Program-made: the position numbers and the translations under genes | Notes under the pieces: model-generated | The model's database searches: none | The model's input: the letters and a program-made list of their open reading frames with translations, nothing else | Told to the model about the DNA's origin: nothing | From: Candidatus Hadarchaeota archaeon | GTDB lineage: Archaea > CAYQAE01 > CAYVLA01 | NCBI GenBank assembly: GCA_964452145.1 | Contig: CAYVLA010000008.1 | Span: 1-64,000 of the forward strand | Direction of reading: 5' to 3' | Length of the DNA: 64,000 nt | Part shown: in pieces, positions 48,188-57,755 of the stretch | How positions within the stretch are numbered: position 1 is the stretch's first letter | How the letters are laid out: the number at the start of each line of letters is the position of its first letter

Positions 48188-48757
48188 TCATTCACTCCTT
48201 TTGAAACCGTTTCTTGACCATAACGATTGCCTCTTTGTCAGGAGCAGCGAGAACGCATTTGCCAGAAAATGGAAGGTGATGGGAAAAAGGATGTTCGGGA
48301 AGAAGTGCTTGTACAGGTAGCCCAGAACCAATCCGGTACAGAGAGCGTAGACGACCTCCGTCAGGGATCGGTAACCAACGTAGTGGATCGCCCCAAAGAC
48401 CACCGAGGAGGGGACGACGCCGATGAGCCTGAGCAGGACTCCTCTAAAAAGAAGCTCCTCGCTCATGCTAACGATGGCGTTCAGGGCGAGAATGTCCCTG
48501 GTGCTCAGCGTTGCGGCGAGGATCTCCTCCAGTTCATTGCGCACCTTGAATATCCTGGGAAGGGAGAGAAGTGGAACGGCCGCCAGGAACAGGCCGGTCC
48601 CGAGCGCCACGGCCTTTCCCGACCCCTCGAGGAGTAGGCCGATCACCCTGGGATCGGAGAGGATGGCGGCGTATCCAAGAGCCACCGCCACGAAGACGGC
48701 GGACTGGATCAGCGTTAACCTGACTATGGTTGCCCTGCTGATCCAACCTTCGTGCAG
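48188..48757 (-). CDS. CPBP family intramembrane metalloprotease (start uncertain, possibly CTG)
   Basis: SEELLFRG, FGAIH, HFLAN. Confidence 0.8.
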   Translation of the reverse strand: MHEGWISRATIVRLTLIQSAVFVAVALGYAAILSDPRVIGLLLEGSGKAVALGTGLFLAAVPLLSLPRIFKVRNELEEILAATLSTRDILALNAIVSMSEELLFRGVLLRLIGVVPSSVVFGAIHYVGYRSLTEVVYALCTGLVLGYLYKHFFPNILFPITFHFLANAFSLLLTKRQSLWSRNGFKRSE

Positions 48758-48777
48758 CGTGGCAGCCCCCCAACCGT

Positions 48778-49593
48778 CTAGATGCCCTGAAGTACGCCCT
48801 TGATGAATTCGAAGTCCCGGGCTGTCTGGGCAACCACTTCGCTTGTTGAAAGACCTTCGTATTCGCTGTGGAGGCTGACGGGACCATCGAAAGCCATCCT
48901 CTTCAGGTAGCGGAAGACCTCGGTCCAAGGGACCATCCCCGCGCTGAGGGGCATGTGCTTGAGAACCCACTTCTTCGCGACACTTCGGTCTTGCTCCCAC
49001 CCGAAGTCCTTCACCGCAACGACCCTGGTCAAATCCGCCAAGAGGTCCATTCCCAGTTTCCAACCCGACCTGCCCCCCTCTACCACCATGTGCCCCGGAT
49101 CTATGTATGCCGCCACGCATCCGGGGTCGAAGCCGTCCAGAATCCTCTGAACCAGGCCGGGTGTGCCGCTCAAGTAATCCCCGGAATGGATGTGCACGAC
49201 GGCCGTGATCCCGTGGTCCTTGGCCAGATCCGCGATCCCTGACAGTCTGGATCGTGCCTCCTCCAGCTGCCGCCGAAGGCTGCCAAAGCCTTCATAGCCC
49301 CAGTAGCCCAGCTTGACGTACTGAACCCCGCACTCAGCCGCGGTTGCGAAGATCTCGGCTGCGTGAGGCTCGTCCACTCCCGTCACGGCGGTGGTGATCA
49401 ACGGAACCACTAGGTCGTGGGATCTCAACACGTCCACTGCCCGGGGCAATCTGCTGCTGACCTCGTGAGGAAGCACGTGGCCGGACGGTCGCACGGTCAG
49501 GTCAACTCCGTCCAACCCCAAGCCGCGGATCACCTTTCCCACGTCGTCCACGCTTAGATCGCCCAGTTTCTTGCTGAACATCAGGAAATGCAT
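48778..49593 (-). CDS. Sugar phosphate isomerase/epimerase TIM barrel
   Basis: FSK.L, DGVDLTVRP.GHV.P, HIHSG, DPGH...EGG, VKDF, SLHSEY. Confidence 0.85.
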   Translation of the reverse strand: MHFLMFSKKLGDLSVDDVGKVIRGLGLDGVDLTVRPSGHVLPHEVSSRLPRAVDVLRSHDLVVPLITTAVTGVDEPHAAEIFATAAECGVQYVKLGYWGYEGFGSLRRQLEEARSRLSGIADLAKDHGITAVVHIHSGDYLSGTPGLVQRILDGFDPGCVAAYIDPGHMVVEGGRSGWKLGMDLLADLTRVVAVKDFGWEQDRSVAKKWVLKHMPLSAGMVPWTEVFRYLKRMAFDGPVSLHSEYEGLSTSEVVAQTARDFEFIKGVLQGI

Positions 49594-49709
49594 GTCGATA
49601 AGGAAACAACTCCCTCGGATATTGCTTTTCCCCGGGTTCCGACCGTCGGGCATCCGTGTAAATACATTTTTAAGGATTCTGGGATGGATGGCGGAGAGGT
49701 GCAGCCCTG

Positions 49710-49817
49710 ATGCTCCAGGTCTTCGGCAGCGTCGGAGTCGTATTGGCCCTGGTCTCCTTCGGCATAGCCATCCTGAGCCTGGTTCTGATTCTCTACTTCG
49801 CGAAATTCGTTCCGTGA
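49710..49817 (+). CDS. 35-aa single-TM small protein
   Basis: MLQVFGSVGVVLALVSFGIAILSLVLILYFAKFVP*; GGAGAGGTG SD and TTTTTAA TATA upstream. Confidence 0.6.
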   Translation: MLQVFGSVGVVLALVSFGIAILSLVLILYFAKFVP

Positions 49818-49966
49818 AGATTGACGCATGTTCGGACCTAGTTTTCGGATGCTGGGTTGTGAGTGGTCACGCGGCCCAGAGGTCGCGGAGCAACCTGCCC
49901 ACCGACGGCAGCCCGGCGCCCAAGCAGTTATGAACGCCCCGCATACGAGTTTTCCCGGCGACCTGC

Positions 49967-51718
49967 ATGTCGGAACTCAAGAGGAGCTGCCTGAGCCTCT
50001 CCGCCTATGTAACCGCGCACGCCGTTAGCCGATTCCTATCCAACGAGAGGGAAAGACGAAGAGCGATCAGCCAGTTCAGGAATCTTGGGATAACAAAGGT
50101 CTACGAGGAGTTCTATCGCAGCGGATTCCTCGTCGAGGAACCGGTCCTGAGGAGGGTGAAGGGGGCCCTTGAACGGGCCGGCTTCGAGGTCTCCGGAGGC
50201 ATCGCGACCACGCATGGAGGCAACTTCACGAAGGAAGCCACCATGGGTTGGAGCTGGATCTGCTACACCTCGCCCAAGTCGCGGCACAATCTGCGAGAAG
50301 CCATGGTGATGGCAGCAAGCATCTTCGATGAGATCATAGTGGATGACTTCCTCTGTACCGCCTGCCGGTGCGGCGGGTGCAGGCGACAGAAGGGCAGGAG
50401 GGACTGGCGAGCCTTCTACCGGGACCTGATGGTGGATTTCTCGGCATCGTGCCTGATAGATCCGGCCAAGAAGGTGAACCCATCCATCCGACTGATCATC
50501 AAGTACCCCCAGTGGTACGATAGATTCCATGTCTTCGGGTACGACGTGGGGCGACAAATCAAGGCATTCGACGCGGTATGGGTGGGAACCGAGATACGCG
50601 ATCCCAGGATCGAGTTCGTTCACCAGTACGAGCCGTTCGCGAACTACTCCTACTTGGCTTCGGTGGGGGGCACGAAGGTTTCCGGTGCATGGTTTGACTA
50701 CTATAACTGCTATCCGGAGATCTACCTGGAACAGGCGTACCAAAGCATTCTGGCGGGGGCGCCCGAGCTCGTGCTCTTCTGCTACGATCCCGTCCGGTAC
50801 GACACGCGGGATCCAAACACCGAGGCCCTGATTGGGAGGAGAAGCTTCCTTGAGGGCCTCTGCGAGGCCCTGAAAGGGCGAAGACCCATAGGCATCGAGG
50901 CATACAAGCCGCAGGACAGCGACCCCGCGGCTGAATCCTTCCTCTTCGACTACCTCGGTGTGATGGGTCTCCCAGTGTTGGTGACCGCAGATCCTCCGCG
51001 AGGAAAGGCGGTCCTCCTCTCGGCCCACGCCCTGCACGATCCCCTCATCGAGGAACGGGTCCAGAATCTGCCAGCCGGCAGCACGGTTCTGGCAACGAGC
51101 GGCTTCCTAGAAGGGCTGGAGAGCAGCTCGCTGCCCGGCGATCTCTTCGGGCTCGGGAGGGAGCCCATCGCAAGGAGGAACCTCTTCGGATACCGTTTCG
51201 CCGTGGAGGGCTCTGAGCATCTGGCTGAGAACCGTGTGCTACTCAGGTCCTATCTACAACCCTCACGGGCACGTGTGGTGGCCGAGATGTTGGAGAGGCG
51301 CAGCTACCCTATCCTAACGGTCAACGAGGTCGCCGGGACCACCTACCTCGCGGCCTGCATGGACACCTTCCGCTACATGCCATATCATGGCCCAGCCAAG
51401 GTCACCGCAGCCGAGCCGGTCTCCCTCATCCATCTGCCTCAGGGATACTTGGACAGACTGAGGGAGCTTGTGCTTGTTCCCCTTGGCTTGACCTTCAGAG
51501 CACCTTCGAGAGTCGGAGTGTATCTGTATTGCGGCAAGACGGGGGACCAACCGGAGATCATCGCCGTGGAGAACTTCGGCGATCAGGCGGTGGAGGTCAA
51601 GCTGGGACACTTTGCCGAGCTTTCACCCAGAGTCGGCGGGGCGGCGTTGAGACCTGAGGGAACCCTTTGGACGATCCGGCTGCCAAGAAGGGACCTGGCT
51701 TTGCTTGCCCCATCCTAG
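49967..51718 (+). CDS. Hypothetical protein, possibly glycoside-hydrolase-like TIM barrel
   Basis: ICYT, FDEIIVDDF.CT.C.C..C, IIKYPQWY, VGTE.RDP. Confidence 0.6.
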   Translation: MSELKRSCLSLSAYVTAHAVSRFLSNERERRRAISQFRNLGITKVYEEFYRSGFLVEEPVLRRVKGALERAGFEVSGGIATTHGGNFTKEATMGWSWICYTSPKSRHNLREAMVMAASIFDEIIVDDFLCTACRCGGCRRQKGRRDWRAFYRDLMVDFSASCLIDPAKKVNPSIRLIIKYPQWYDRFHVFGYDVGRQIKAFDAVWVGTEIRDPRIEFVHQYEPFANYSYLASVGGTKVSGAWFDYYNCYPEIYLEQAYQSILAGAPELVLFCYDPVRYDTRDPNTEALIGRRSFLEGLCEALKGRRPIGIEAYKPQDSDPAAESFLFDYLGVMGLPVLVTADPPRGKAVLLSAHALHDPLIEERVQNLPAGSTVLATSGFLEGLESSSLPGDLFGLGREPIARRNLFGYRFAVEGSEHLAENRVLLRSYLQPSRARVVAEMLERRSYPILTVNEVAGTTYLAACMDTFRYMPYHGPAKVTAAEPVSLIHLPQGYLDRLRELVLVPLGLTFRAPSRVGVYLYCGKTGDQPEIIAVENFGDQAVEVKLGHFAELSPRVGGAALRPEGTLWTIRLPRRDLALLAPS

Positions 51719-51791
51719 AGTTCTCGTGCATCCCTGCCGGGGGGCGCAGCCCTGAATCCATTTATAAGAACTTCCAAGGCAGGCGTTGCGC

Positions 51792-52790
51792 ATGGTCTTC
51801 AAGATCGGCTACTGGGTTCCCCTTGAGGGCTTCAGGAATCCGGTACATCTCGTCCAGCTCGCCACCCGGGCGGAGGAGATCGGCTTCGAAACTACGGCGG
51901 TGAGCGACCATTTCCATCCCTGGACACACAAGGGGGCACATGCTACCTTCCCCTGGATATGGCTTTCCTCCCTGCTGGCGGTCACTCGCAGAACCATGGT
52001 CGGTACTGCATGCACGACGCCGACAATGAGGTACAACCCCGCAATCGTGGCCCAAGCCTTCGCAAGCATGGGCGCCATGTACCCCGGAAGGGTCTTTCTT
52101 AGCGTTGGGACGGGTGAGAAGCTCAACGAGTACCCCCTGGGCTTCGACTGGCCCGACTTCAAGACGCGAAAGGCCATGCTGGAGGAGGCGGTGATACTGA
52201 TACGCAAGCTGTGGACGGGCGAGTTCGTCGATTTCGACGGGGACTACTACAGGCTGCGAGACGCCCGCCTCTACGACGTACCGGCCGTACCCATCCCACT
52301 CATCGTCGCAGCGAGCGGTGAGAAGATGTGTCAGACTGCCGGCAGGCTTGGCGACGGAATCCTGACCGTGGCCTCCATACCCGACTTCAAGTCGATCGTT
52401 CTCCCGAACCTCGCCAAGGGGGCTGCGGAGGCAGGCAAGGATCCTGAGAAGCTCATCAAGATGGTGGAGCTGAAGGTTGCCCTCGACGAGGACTACGACA
52501 AGGCACTACGGCAGTGTCGCTTCTGGAGGACGACCGGCATCCATGGCCACATAGGCCTCTCCTCGGATCCGAGGGAGCTGGAGAGAGTGGCCGATGCGCA
52601 GGTGACAGACGAGAGGGTTAAGGATCTGTGGTTCGTAACCACCGATATCGAGGAGATAGTCAGGAAGGTTGAGACCTACATCGAGGCGGGCTACAACTGG
52701 ATCCAGATACACAGCTGCAGCCCGGATGAGGAGAACTTCCTTGATTGCTTCGGCAGGGAGGCCATGCCCCACCTGCGGGATCTGGCATGA
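51792..52790 (+). CDS. LLM-class, probably F420-dependent oxidoreductase (FGD-like)
   Basis: SDHFHPW, RYNPAIVAQAFA, VGTGE.LNE, G.YY.L..ARLYD. Confidence 0.85.
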   Translation: MVFKIGYWVPLEGFRNPVHLVQLATRAEEIGFETTAVSDHFHPWTHKGAHATFPWIWLSSLLAVTRRTMVGTACTTPTMRYNPAIVAQAFASMGAMYPGRVFLSVGTGEKLNEYPLGFDWPDFKTRKAMLEEAVILIRKLWTGEFVDFDGDYYRLRDARLYDVPAVPIPLIVAASGEKMCQTAGRLGDGILTVASIPDFKSIVLPNLAKGAAEAGKDPEKLIKMVELKVALDEDYDKALRQCRFWRTTGIHGHIGLSSDPRELERVADAQVTDERVKDLWFVTTDIEEIVRKVETYIEAGYNWIQIHSCSPDEENFLDCFGREAMPHLRDLA

Positions 52791-52806
52791 ACCGGGGAAG
52801 TAAGGC

Positions 52807-53910
52807 TTGACCTCCAGCTATAGAAGATTCTTCGACGCCATCTCTCTCGATGAACCCGATCGCGTTCCCCTATCCGATGTGGATGTCGACCTCGATGTCC
52901 TCCAGCAAGCGATCGGGCGAAAGCTCTGCTCGGAGGCGGATCGAGCAAGAGCCTTGGCCGACTTGGGCTTCGACATGGTCGTGGCGAGACACCGACTGCT
53001 GGGCCACGGACAGAGTATTCTCGGCCGTCCCGACCCTGTCTGGGAGCCCAGATGGATCGATCGGGATACATACCAGGGGGAGTGGGGCGAGATCCGAAGA
53101 CGAACCGCCCAGATGGACGCACCCATCGATGGAGTCATAAGATCGGAGGAAGACCTCGATGACTTCCCGCTGCCGGATCCGGAGAAGGAAGGACGCGTAA
53201 ACCCGGTTCGGGAGGCCATCCGATCCCTAGGCGCGGACTGCCCGGTCTTTGCCCTCATTCATGACGCCTTCGAGTTGCCGTGGATCATGCGCGGAGGCAT
53301 CCCTAGGCTCATCTCCGACTACCACAGACGCCCCAAGCTAGCAAGGAGGCTGGCGAGGATCACTACGGACTTCAACGTAGAGATGGCCAATATCCTCCTC
53401 GATGAGGGCGCGGCCGGGATACTCACCGGGGATGACTATGCCTTCGCCAACGGGCCATTCATGAGCCCGAAACAGTTCAAGGCCTTCGTCTACCCCTATC
53501 TCCGAAAACTGATCCGAGCCGTCCATCGGAGGGGAGCCCCCTTCATCAAGCACACCGACGGCATGATATGGCCCATAATGGATCTGATACTCGACGCTGG
53601 CCCGGAGGTTCTGAACCCGATACAGACCGAGGCGGGCATGATGCTCGAGGATGTCAAGGCGAGGCTTGGAGACCGCATCGCCCTCATGGGCAATGTGGAT
53701 TGCGGGCCCGTGATGCACTTCGGTTCCGTCCAGGACGTGACAAGGGAGGTGTCGCGCTGCATCCATCAGGGCGCAACGGGGGGCGGCTACATCCTCAGCT
53801 CAAGCAACACGATCTACAGAGGCACGCGGCCCCAGAATCTCCTTGCAATGGCCAGTGCGACGAGGCATCTTGGCAGATACCGGGACTCCTCATCATCGCG
53901 TAACATATAA
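52807..53910 (+). CDS. Uroporphyrinogen decarboxylase / MtaA-CmuA family protein
   Basis: EPDRVP, GDDYA...GPFMSP, KHTDG, MGNVD, GGGYILSSSN. Confidence 0.85.
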   Translation: MTSSYRRFFDAISLDEPDRVPLSDVDVDLDVLQQAIGRKLCSEADRARALADLGFDMVVARHRLLGHGQSILGRPDPVWEPRWIDRDTYQGEWGEIRRRTAQMDAPIDGVIRSEEDLDDFPLPDPEKEGRVNPVREAIRSLGADCPVFALIHDAFELPWIMRGGIPRLISDYHRRPKLARRLARITTDFNVEMANILLDEGAAGILTGDDYAFANGPFMSPKQFKAFVYPYLRKLIRAVHRRGAPFIKHTDGMIWPIMDLILDAGPEVLNPIQTEAGMMLEDVKARLGDRIALMGNVDCGPVMHFGSVQDVTREVSRCIHQGATGGGYILSSSNTIYRGTRPQNLLAMASATRHLGRYRDSSSSRNI

Positions 53911-53938
53911 GCTTTCGGCGCTCCCACCCTCATCCAGA

Positions 53939-54967
53939 ATGGGCGTCGATCTGGGGTCTCTGGTGGTCAGGGAGGAGGTTGGCCTCGACCACCTGCGGGG
54001 CAGAACCTTGGCCGTGGACGCGAGCAGCATCATCCACCAGTTCTTGGCATTGGTCAGATACCCCACCGGCGTCCCCCTTATGGACGCGGAGGGCCACATC
54101 ACATCGGCACTTGCCGGTTTGTTCTACAGATCAACAAGGCTCATCTACCGCCACGGAATAGAGCTAGTATTCGTCTTCGACGGCAAGAGACCCCCGATCA
54201 AGTTCTCCTGGCTAACGGACGAGGAGCGTGAGAAGCGGAGAGCACGATTCGAGAGGGCTCTGGTGGAATGGCGACAGGCCCTGGATCGCGGTGACCTCAG
54301 GAGAGCCTTCTCAAAGGCCGTCACCACTGGCATGATCGATTCCGACATCATCAACGATTCCAAGCGCTTGATCGGCCTCCTCGGCATTCCGATCGTGCAG
54401 GCCCCCGGGGAGGCCGAGGCACAGGCTTCCTACATCGTCAAGAAGGGCAGGGCATGGGCCGTCAACAGCCGCGACTTCGATTGCCTGCTGTTCGGAGCAA
54501 CAAGGATGGCTAGGTACGTCTCGATTGCAGGCGTCTACCGTGGGGTGGGTCTTCCCAGCAGGCCTGAGGTCATCGAGCTGAAAGGCCTCCTCCAAAGTCT
54601 GGGCATCACCCATTCCCAGCTCATAGACATGGCGATCCTGATGGGAACCGACTACAACCGGGGCCTGAGAGGCATCGGCCCAAGAACGGCGCTAAGCTTG
54701 GTGCGAAGGCATGGCGCCCTGGAGGAGATGCCCCCCGAAATCGCCCTGCGCCTACCCGACAATGTGAACGAGATCCGGACGGCCTTTCTCAAACCCATGA
54801 TCGACAGGGGATACGCGATGACTAGCGGCGAGTTCGATCCCGAGGGGATCGTCAAGATGCTCTGTGGGGAGAGGGGATTTCGTGAGAAGAGCGTCCGCTC
54901 CACCATAGATCGCATGATCCGAGCAGGCACAAGGGGCAGGCAGTCCTCGCTGGAGAGTTGGACCTAG
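53939..54967 (+). CDS. fen: Flap endonuclease 1
   Basis: MGV, QFLA, VFDG, EAEAQA, D.D.LLFG, GTDYN, GIGP, C-terminal QSSLESW PIP box. Confidence 0.92.
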   Translation: MGVDLGSLVVREEVGLDHLRGRTLAVDASSIIHQFLALVRYPTGVPLMDAEGHITSALAGLFYRSTRLIYRHGIELVFVFDGKRPPIKFSWLTDEEREKRRARFERALVEWRQALDRGDLRRAFSKAVTTGMIDSDIINDSKRLIGLLGIPIVQAPGEAEAQASYIVKKGRAWAVNSRDFDCLLFGATRMARYVSIAGVYRGVGLPSRPEVIELKGLLQSLGITHSQLIDMAILMGTDYNRGLRGIGPRTALSLVRRHGALEEMPPEIALRLPDNVNEIRTAFLKPMIDRGYAMTSGEFDPEGIVKMLCGERGFREKSVRSTIDRMIRAGTRGRQSSLESWT

Positions 54968-54968
54968 G

Positions 54969-57653
54969 TCAGCGCGTGAGGGACTGCAGGATCGCGGGGT
55001 TGAGCCCCTTGAAAGAGGAGAGCCACTGAACCCTTTCCTCGACAAGCTCCTTGACATATGCGTCGGCAAGCTCCTTGGAATAGAACCTGGATAGATCGTA
55101 CCTGGAGATGTCCATACCGAGCACCTCCTCAGGAACTAGGACATCGAAGTAATCGGCCTTCTTCCACTTCAGCTCGCCGCGCGCTATTGCCCCGATGATG
55201 GCGGCGGACTCGAGAATACCGATCTTCTCGAACTTCTGCCTGACCACCCTCTCCCCGTCAGGGGTCCTCTCCGCCACCTCGCCCACCCCACCGGTGTTGA
55301 AGAGGTAGAACTGAGCTTTGTCCTTGTGTCTTGAGGCAAACTCGTATATGAAGTTACCCTCCTCGGCAAAGTCCCCCACGATGAACGGGTTCATCCCGAC
55401 CTCTCTGACGGACTCACCCGCCCGGGCAGGGTCACTTCCAGAGGTCTCGATGGATTCTCCGAGCATGAAAGCGGCCGCCGCCTGCTCAGGGCTCAGCTTC
55501 GACACGGGGGGCACGACCGTGTTCCTCCGGGTGATGAAGAGGACGATCATGCCATCCATCTCAGAAATTGGAGGAATGTTGAGGCTCAGACTGCAGTGCT
55601 CATCGAAGTCGGCGCGCTGCATTATGCCCCTGCCGTTTCCCGTCAGGGTCTTGTCCCCGAAGGAGACGTTTCCGCGGTAGTCGACCAGAACGTTTTCGAA
55701 GATGGCATCGGGCTTTGTGACCGCCTTGTATATCAGCGGCATGATCCGGGGGTCGACCCCCTCGGTCTTGAGGTAGAAGCCCTTCTCGCTACCATATGCC
55801 GACCCGTCGGGCTTCAGAAAGACCACGTCGTCCTGCACTATCTCGATGCCCTCGCCGGGCCGGTTCAGGCCGTGGTCGTGGCACGTATGTGTTGTCTTGC
55901 CCGTGGCGGTGAGACCGAAGATCAGCATGCTGTATTTCCTGATCTTTCCGCTGGTCTTGTCTCTCGCCCTGATGATCTTGGACCCAGCATGCAAGCCCAG
56001 CATGCCTCGCTGCTTGGCCTCCCACATCGCCATCCTTAGAAAGCCCTTCTTGTCCTCCCCGTAGTAGTCAGAGCCCAGCACGTAGGTGATCCCCATCTCG
56101 GGGAAGACCAGTATCTGTCTATCCTTCTCCTGCCATTCAGGTATGTGAAGCAGCTGCAGGAGGGGCTCGGCATTCGCCTTGTCGTCAAGTAGAGTCTGCC
56201 CAACCATGTAGGCAAGACGTATCATCTCCTTCCGGTGGGCGGACACGAAGAGGCGGCATCTGGGAGAGAACTCGTCGTTGCCCCCCATCGTGCGTTGGAC
56301 GCAGACGAAAGGCGCTTTCTGGACGTACTCGTGGACATCTTTGAGGGTCCCCGGAAGGTTGCGCAGGATCTGCTTCTTCCTCTCATTCAACTTGGTGTCC
56401 ATGACCCTCGGGCTACCTATCACCACCGTCAGCGCAGCGCTACGGTTCTTCACCGTCGAGACGAAGTCGTAATTGCCGAATCTGGTCGGGGTGCCGTGTT
56501 CGACGGCCATCGCCTTCAACTGCTGGGCATCCGGGTGGACCACGTTCTTGCTATCAAAAAGCCGAGCCATGCTCTTGACGATCGCCTGGAGATTCTCGGG
56601 GCGCACTATCTCCCCCACTGGGGGGACTTCCTCCTTTTCCCGGACTTGGATGAGGTATTCCTTGGACCGGATTATCTCCCGAATCCTCTTCTGCACATCC
56701 AGGGCGGGAGCCTCCGTGTTTACCCTGTAGCAGGCCGCAAACTGTAATATGTCCTGCCAAAAAGCGGTCTGCAAAGCCATCCTGTCCTCGGTCCTGACCA
56801 GCCAATGAGGATTGAAGAACGGGTCCTTGGCGTTCCTCAGAAGCGCGATCGCCTCCTTCTGGGGAATCCGGGCGCAGATCCAGCCCTCGTTTGGCCTCTT
56901 CTGAAGGATGAAGATCACCTTGATCCTAGTGGTGTCGAGGAACTTCTCCTGACCCCCAATCCACCAGGGGTCAAGAATGAAGTGCCCGTCGCCCGTCTTG
57001 CATCTGGCGAAGAGCTGTCTGATCCGAGGGTTGATCCTCGCCACATCGCTCTTCACCAGAAACTTCCTCTCAGACACCAAGGTCGATATCCTGCCCCTCT
57101 CACCTCCGAGCCTCTCCACGTAGATCCAGTCGTTGGAGTGCATCCTTGCTCCGTCCAAGTCTAGGAGCAGAAAGGTCTGGGTCGTTTTTCCTGCGTTCGG
57201 GTCCCCGGTGATGACTACTCCCTCCCCGTTCACATCGATCAGGGCGCCCCTGAGGAAGTGGATCTCTTTCTGCTCCTCCGCAACATCCATGGCGATGCCT
57301 AGCGCGAGCGATCGTACGATGTCGTAGTTGGTCTTGTTGATCACGACCGCCGTCTTGGTGTCTGAGTGATAGGTGACCTTCGGTTCAGTCTGGGGGACCC
57401 CGGTAACGGCGAAGATCACGCCGTGAGGCCTCGTGGTGTGCTCGTGTTCCAGGCCTGGCGCAGGAAACCAGTTCTCTCGCCAGAAGTCGTCAAGATGAGC
57501 ATCGTTAGTCCTCAACTGCACGAATATGCCGTTGATGTTCGCATTCCAGACGAATATCTCCTGGCCCATGTACATCTCAGCAAGCCGAACGAACTCGTTT
57601 CTATCGACAAGCGATACCGCCGCCTCGGCTATGCTGCTGCGGGCAGGTGGCAT
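54969..57653 (-). CDS. pckA: ATP-dependent PEP carboxykinase with N-terminal HPr-kinase-like P-loop domain (start ATG 57653 or GTG 57698)
   Basis: C-terminal: DYYGEDKKG, LHAGSK, FGLTATGKTT, QDD, NGR, NPF. N-terminal: GALIDVNGEGVVITGDPNAGKTT. Confidence 0.82.
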   Translation of the reverse strand: MPPARSSIAEAAVSLVDRNEFVRLAEMYMGQEIFVWNANINGIFVQLRTNDAHLDDFWRENWFPAPGLEHEHTTRPHGVIFAVTGVPQTEPKVTYHSDTKTAVVINKTNYDIVRSLALGIAMDVAEEQKEIHFLRGALIDVNGEGVVITGDPNAGKTTQTFLLLDLDGARMHSNDWIYVERLGGERGRISTLVSERKFLVKSDVARINPRIRQLFARCKTGDGHFILDPWWIGGQEKFLDTTRIKVIFILQKRPNEGWICARIPQKEAIALLRNAKDPFFNPHWLVRTEDRMALQTAFWQDILQFAACYRVNTEAPALDVQKRIREIIRSKEYLIQVREKEEVPPVGEIVRPENLQAIVKSMARLFDSKNVVHPDAQQLKAMAVEHGTPTRFGNYDFVSTVKNRSAALTVVIGSPRVMDTKLNERKKQILRNLPGTLKDVHEYVQKAPFVCVQRTMGGNDEFSPRCRLFVSAHRKEMIRLAYMVGQTLLDDKANAEPLLQLLHIPEWQEKDRQILVFPEMGITYVLGSDYYGEDKKGFLRMAMWEAKQRGMLGLHAGSKIIRARDKTSGKIRKYSMLIFGLTATGKTTHTCHDHGLNRPGEGIEIVQDDVVFLKPDGSAYGSEKGFYLKTEGVDPRIMPLIYKAVTKPDAIFENVLVDYRGNVSFGDKTLTGNGRGIMQRADFDEHCSLSLNIPPISEMDGMIVLFITRRNTVVPPVSKLSPEQAAAAFMLGESIETSGSDPARAGESVREVGMNPFIVGDFAEEGNFIYEFASRHKDKAQFYLFNTGGVGEVAERTPDGERVVRQKFEKIGILESAAIIGAIARGELKWKKADYFDVLVPEEVLGMDISRYDLSRFYSKELADAYVKELVEERVQWLSSFKGLNPAILQSLTR

Positions 57654-57755
57654 GGCTCGGCTGTCCTCCTTCAACCTCGGCTCAAGTTGGAAGGTCACGG
57701 GCCTAATAAAACTGACCTGGATCAGGCCACAGCGGGCGGGCCTCCAGTCCTGGAA

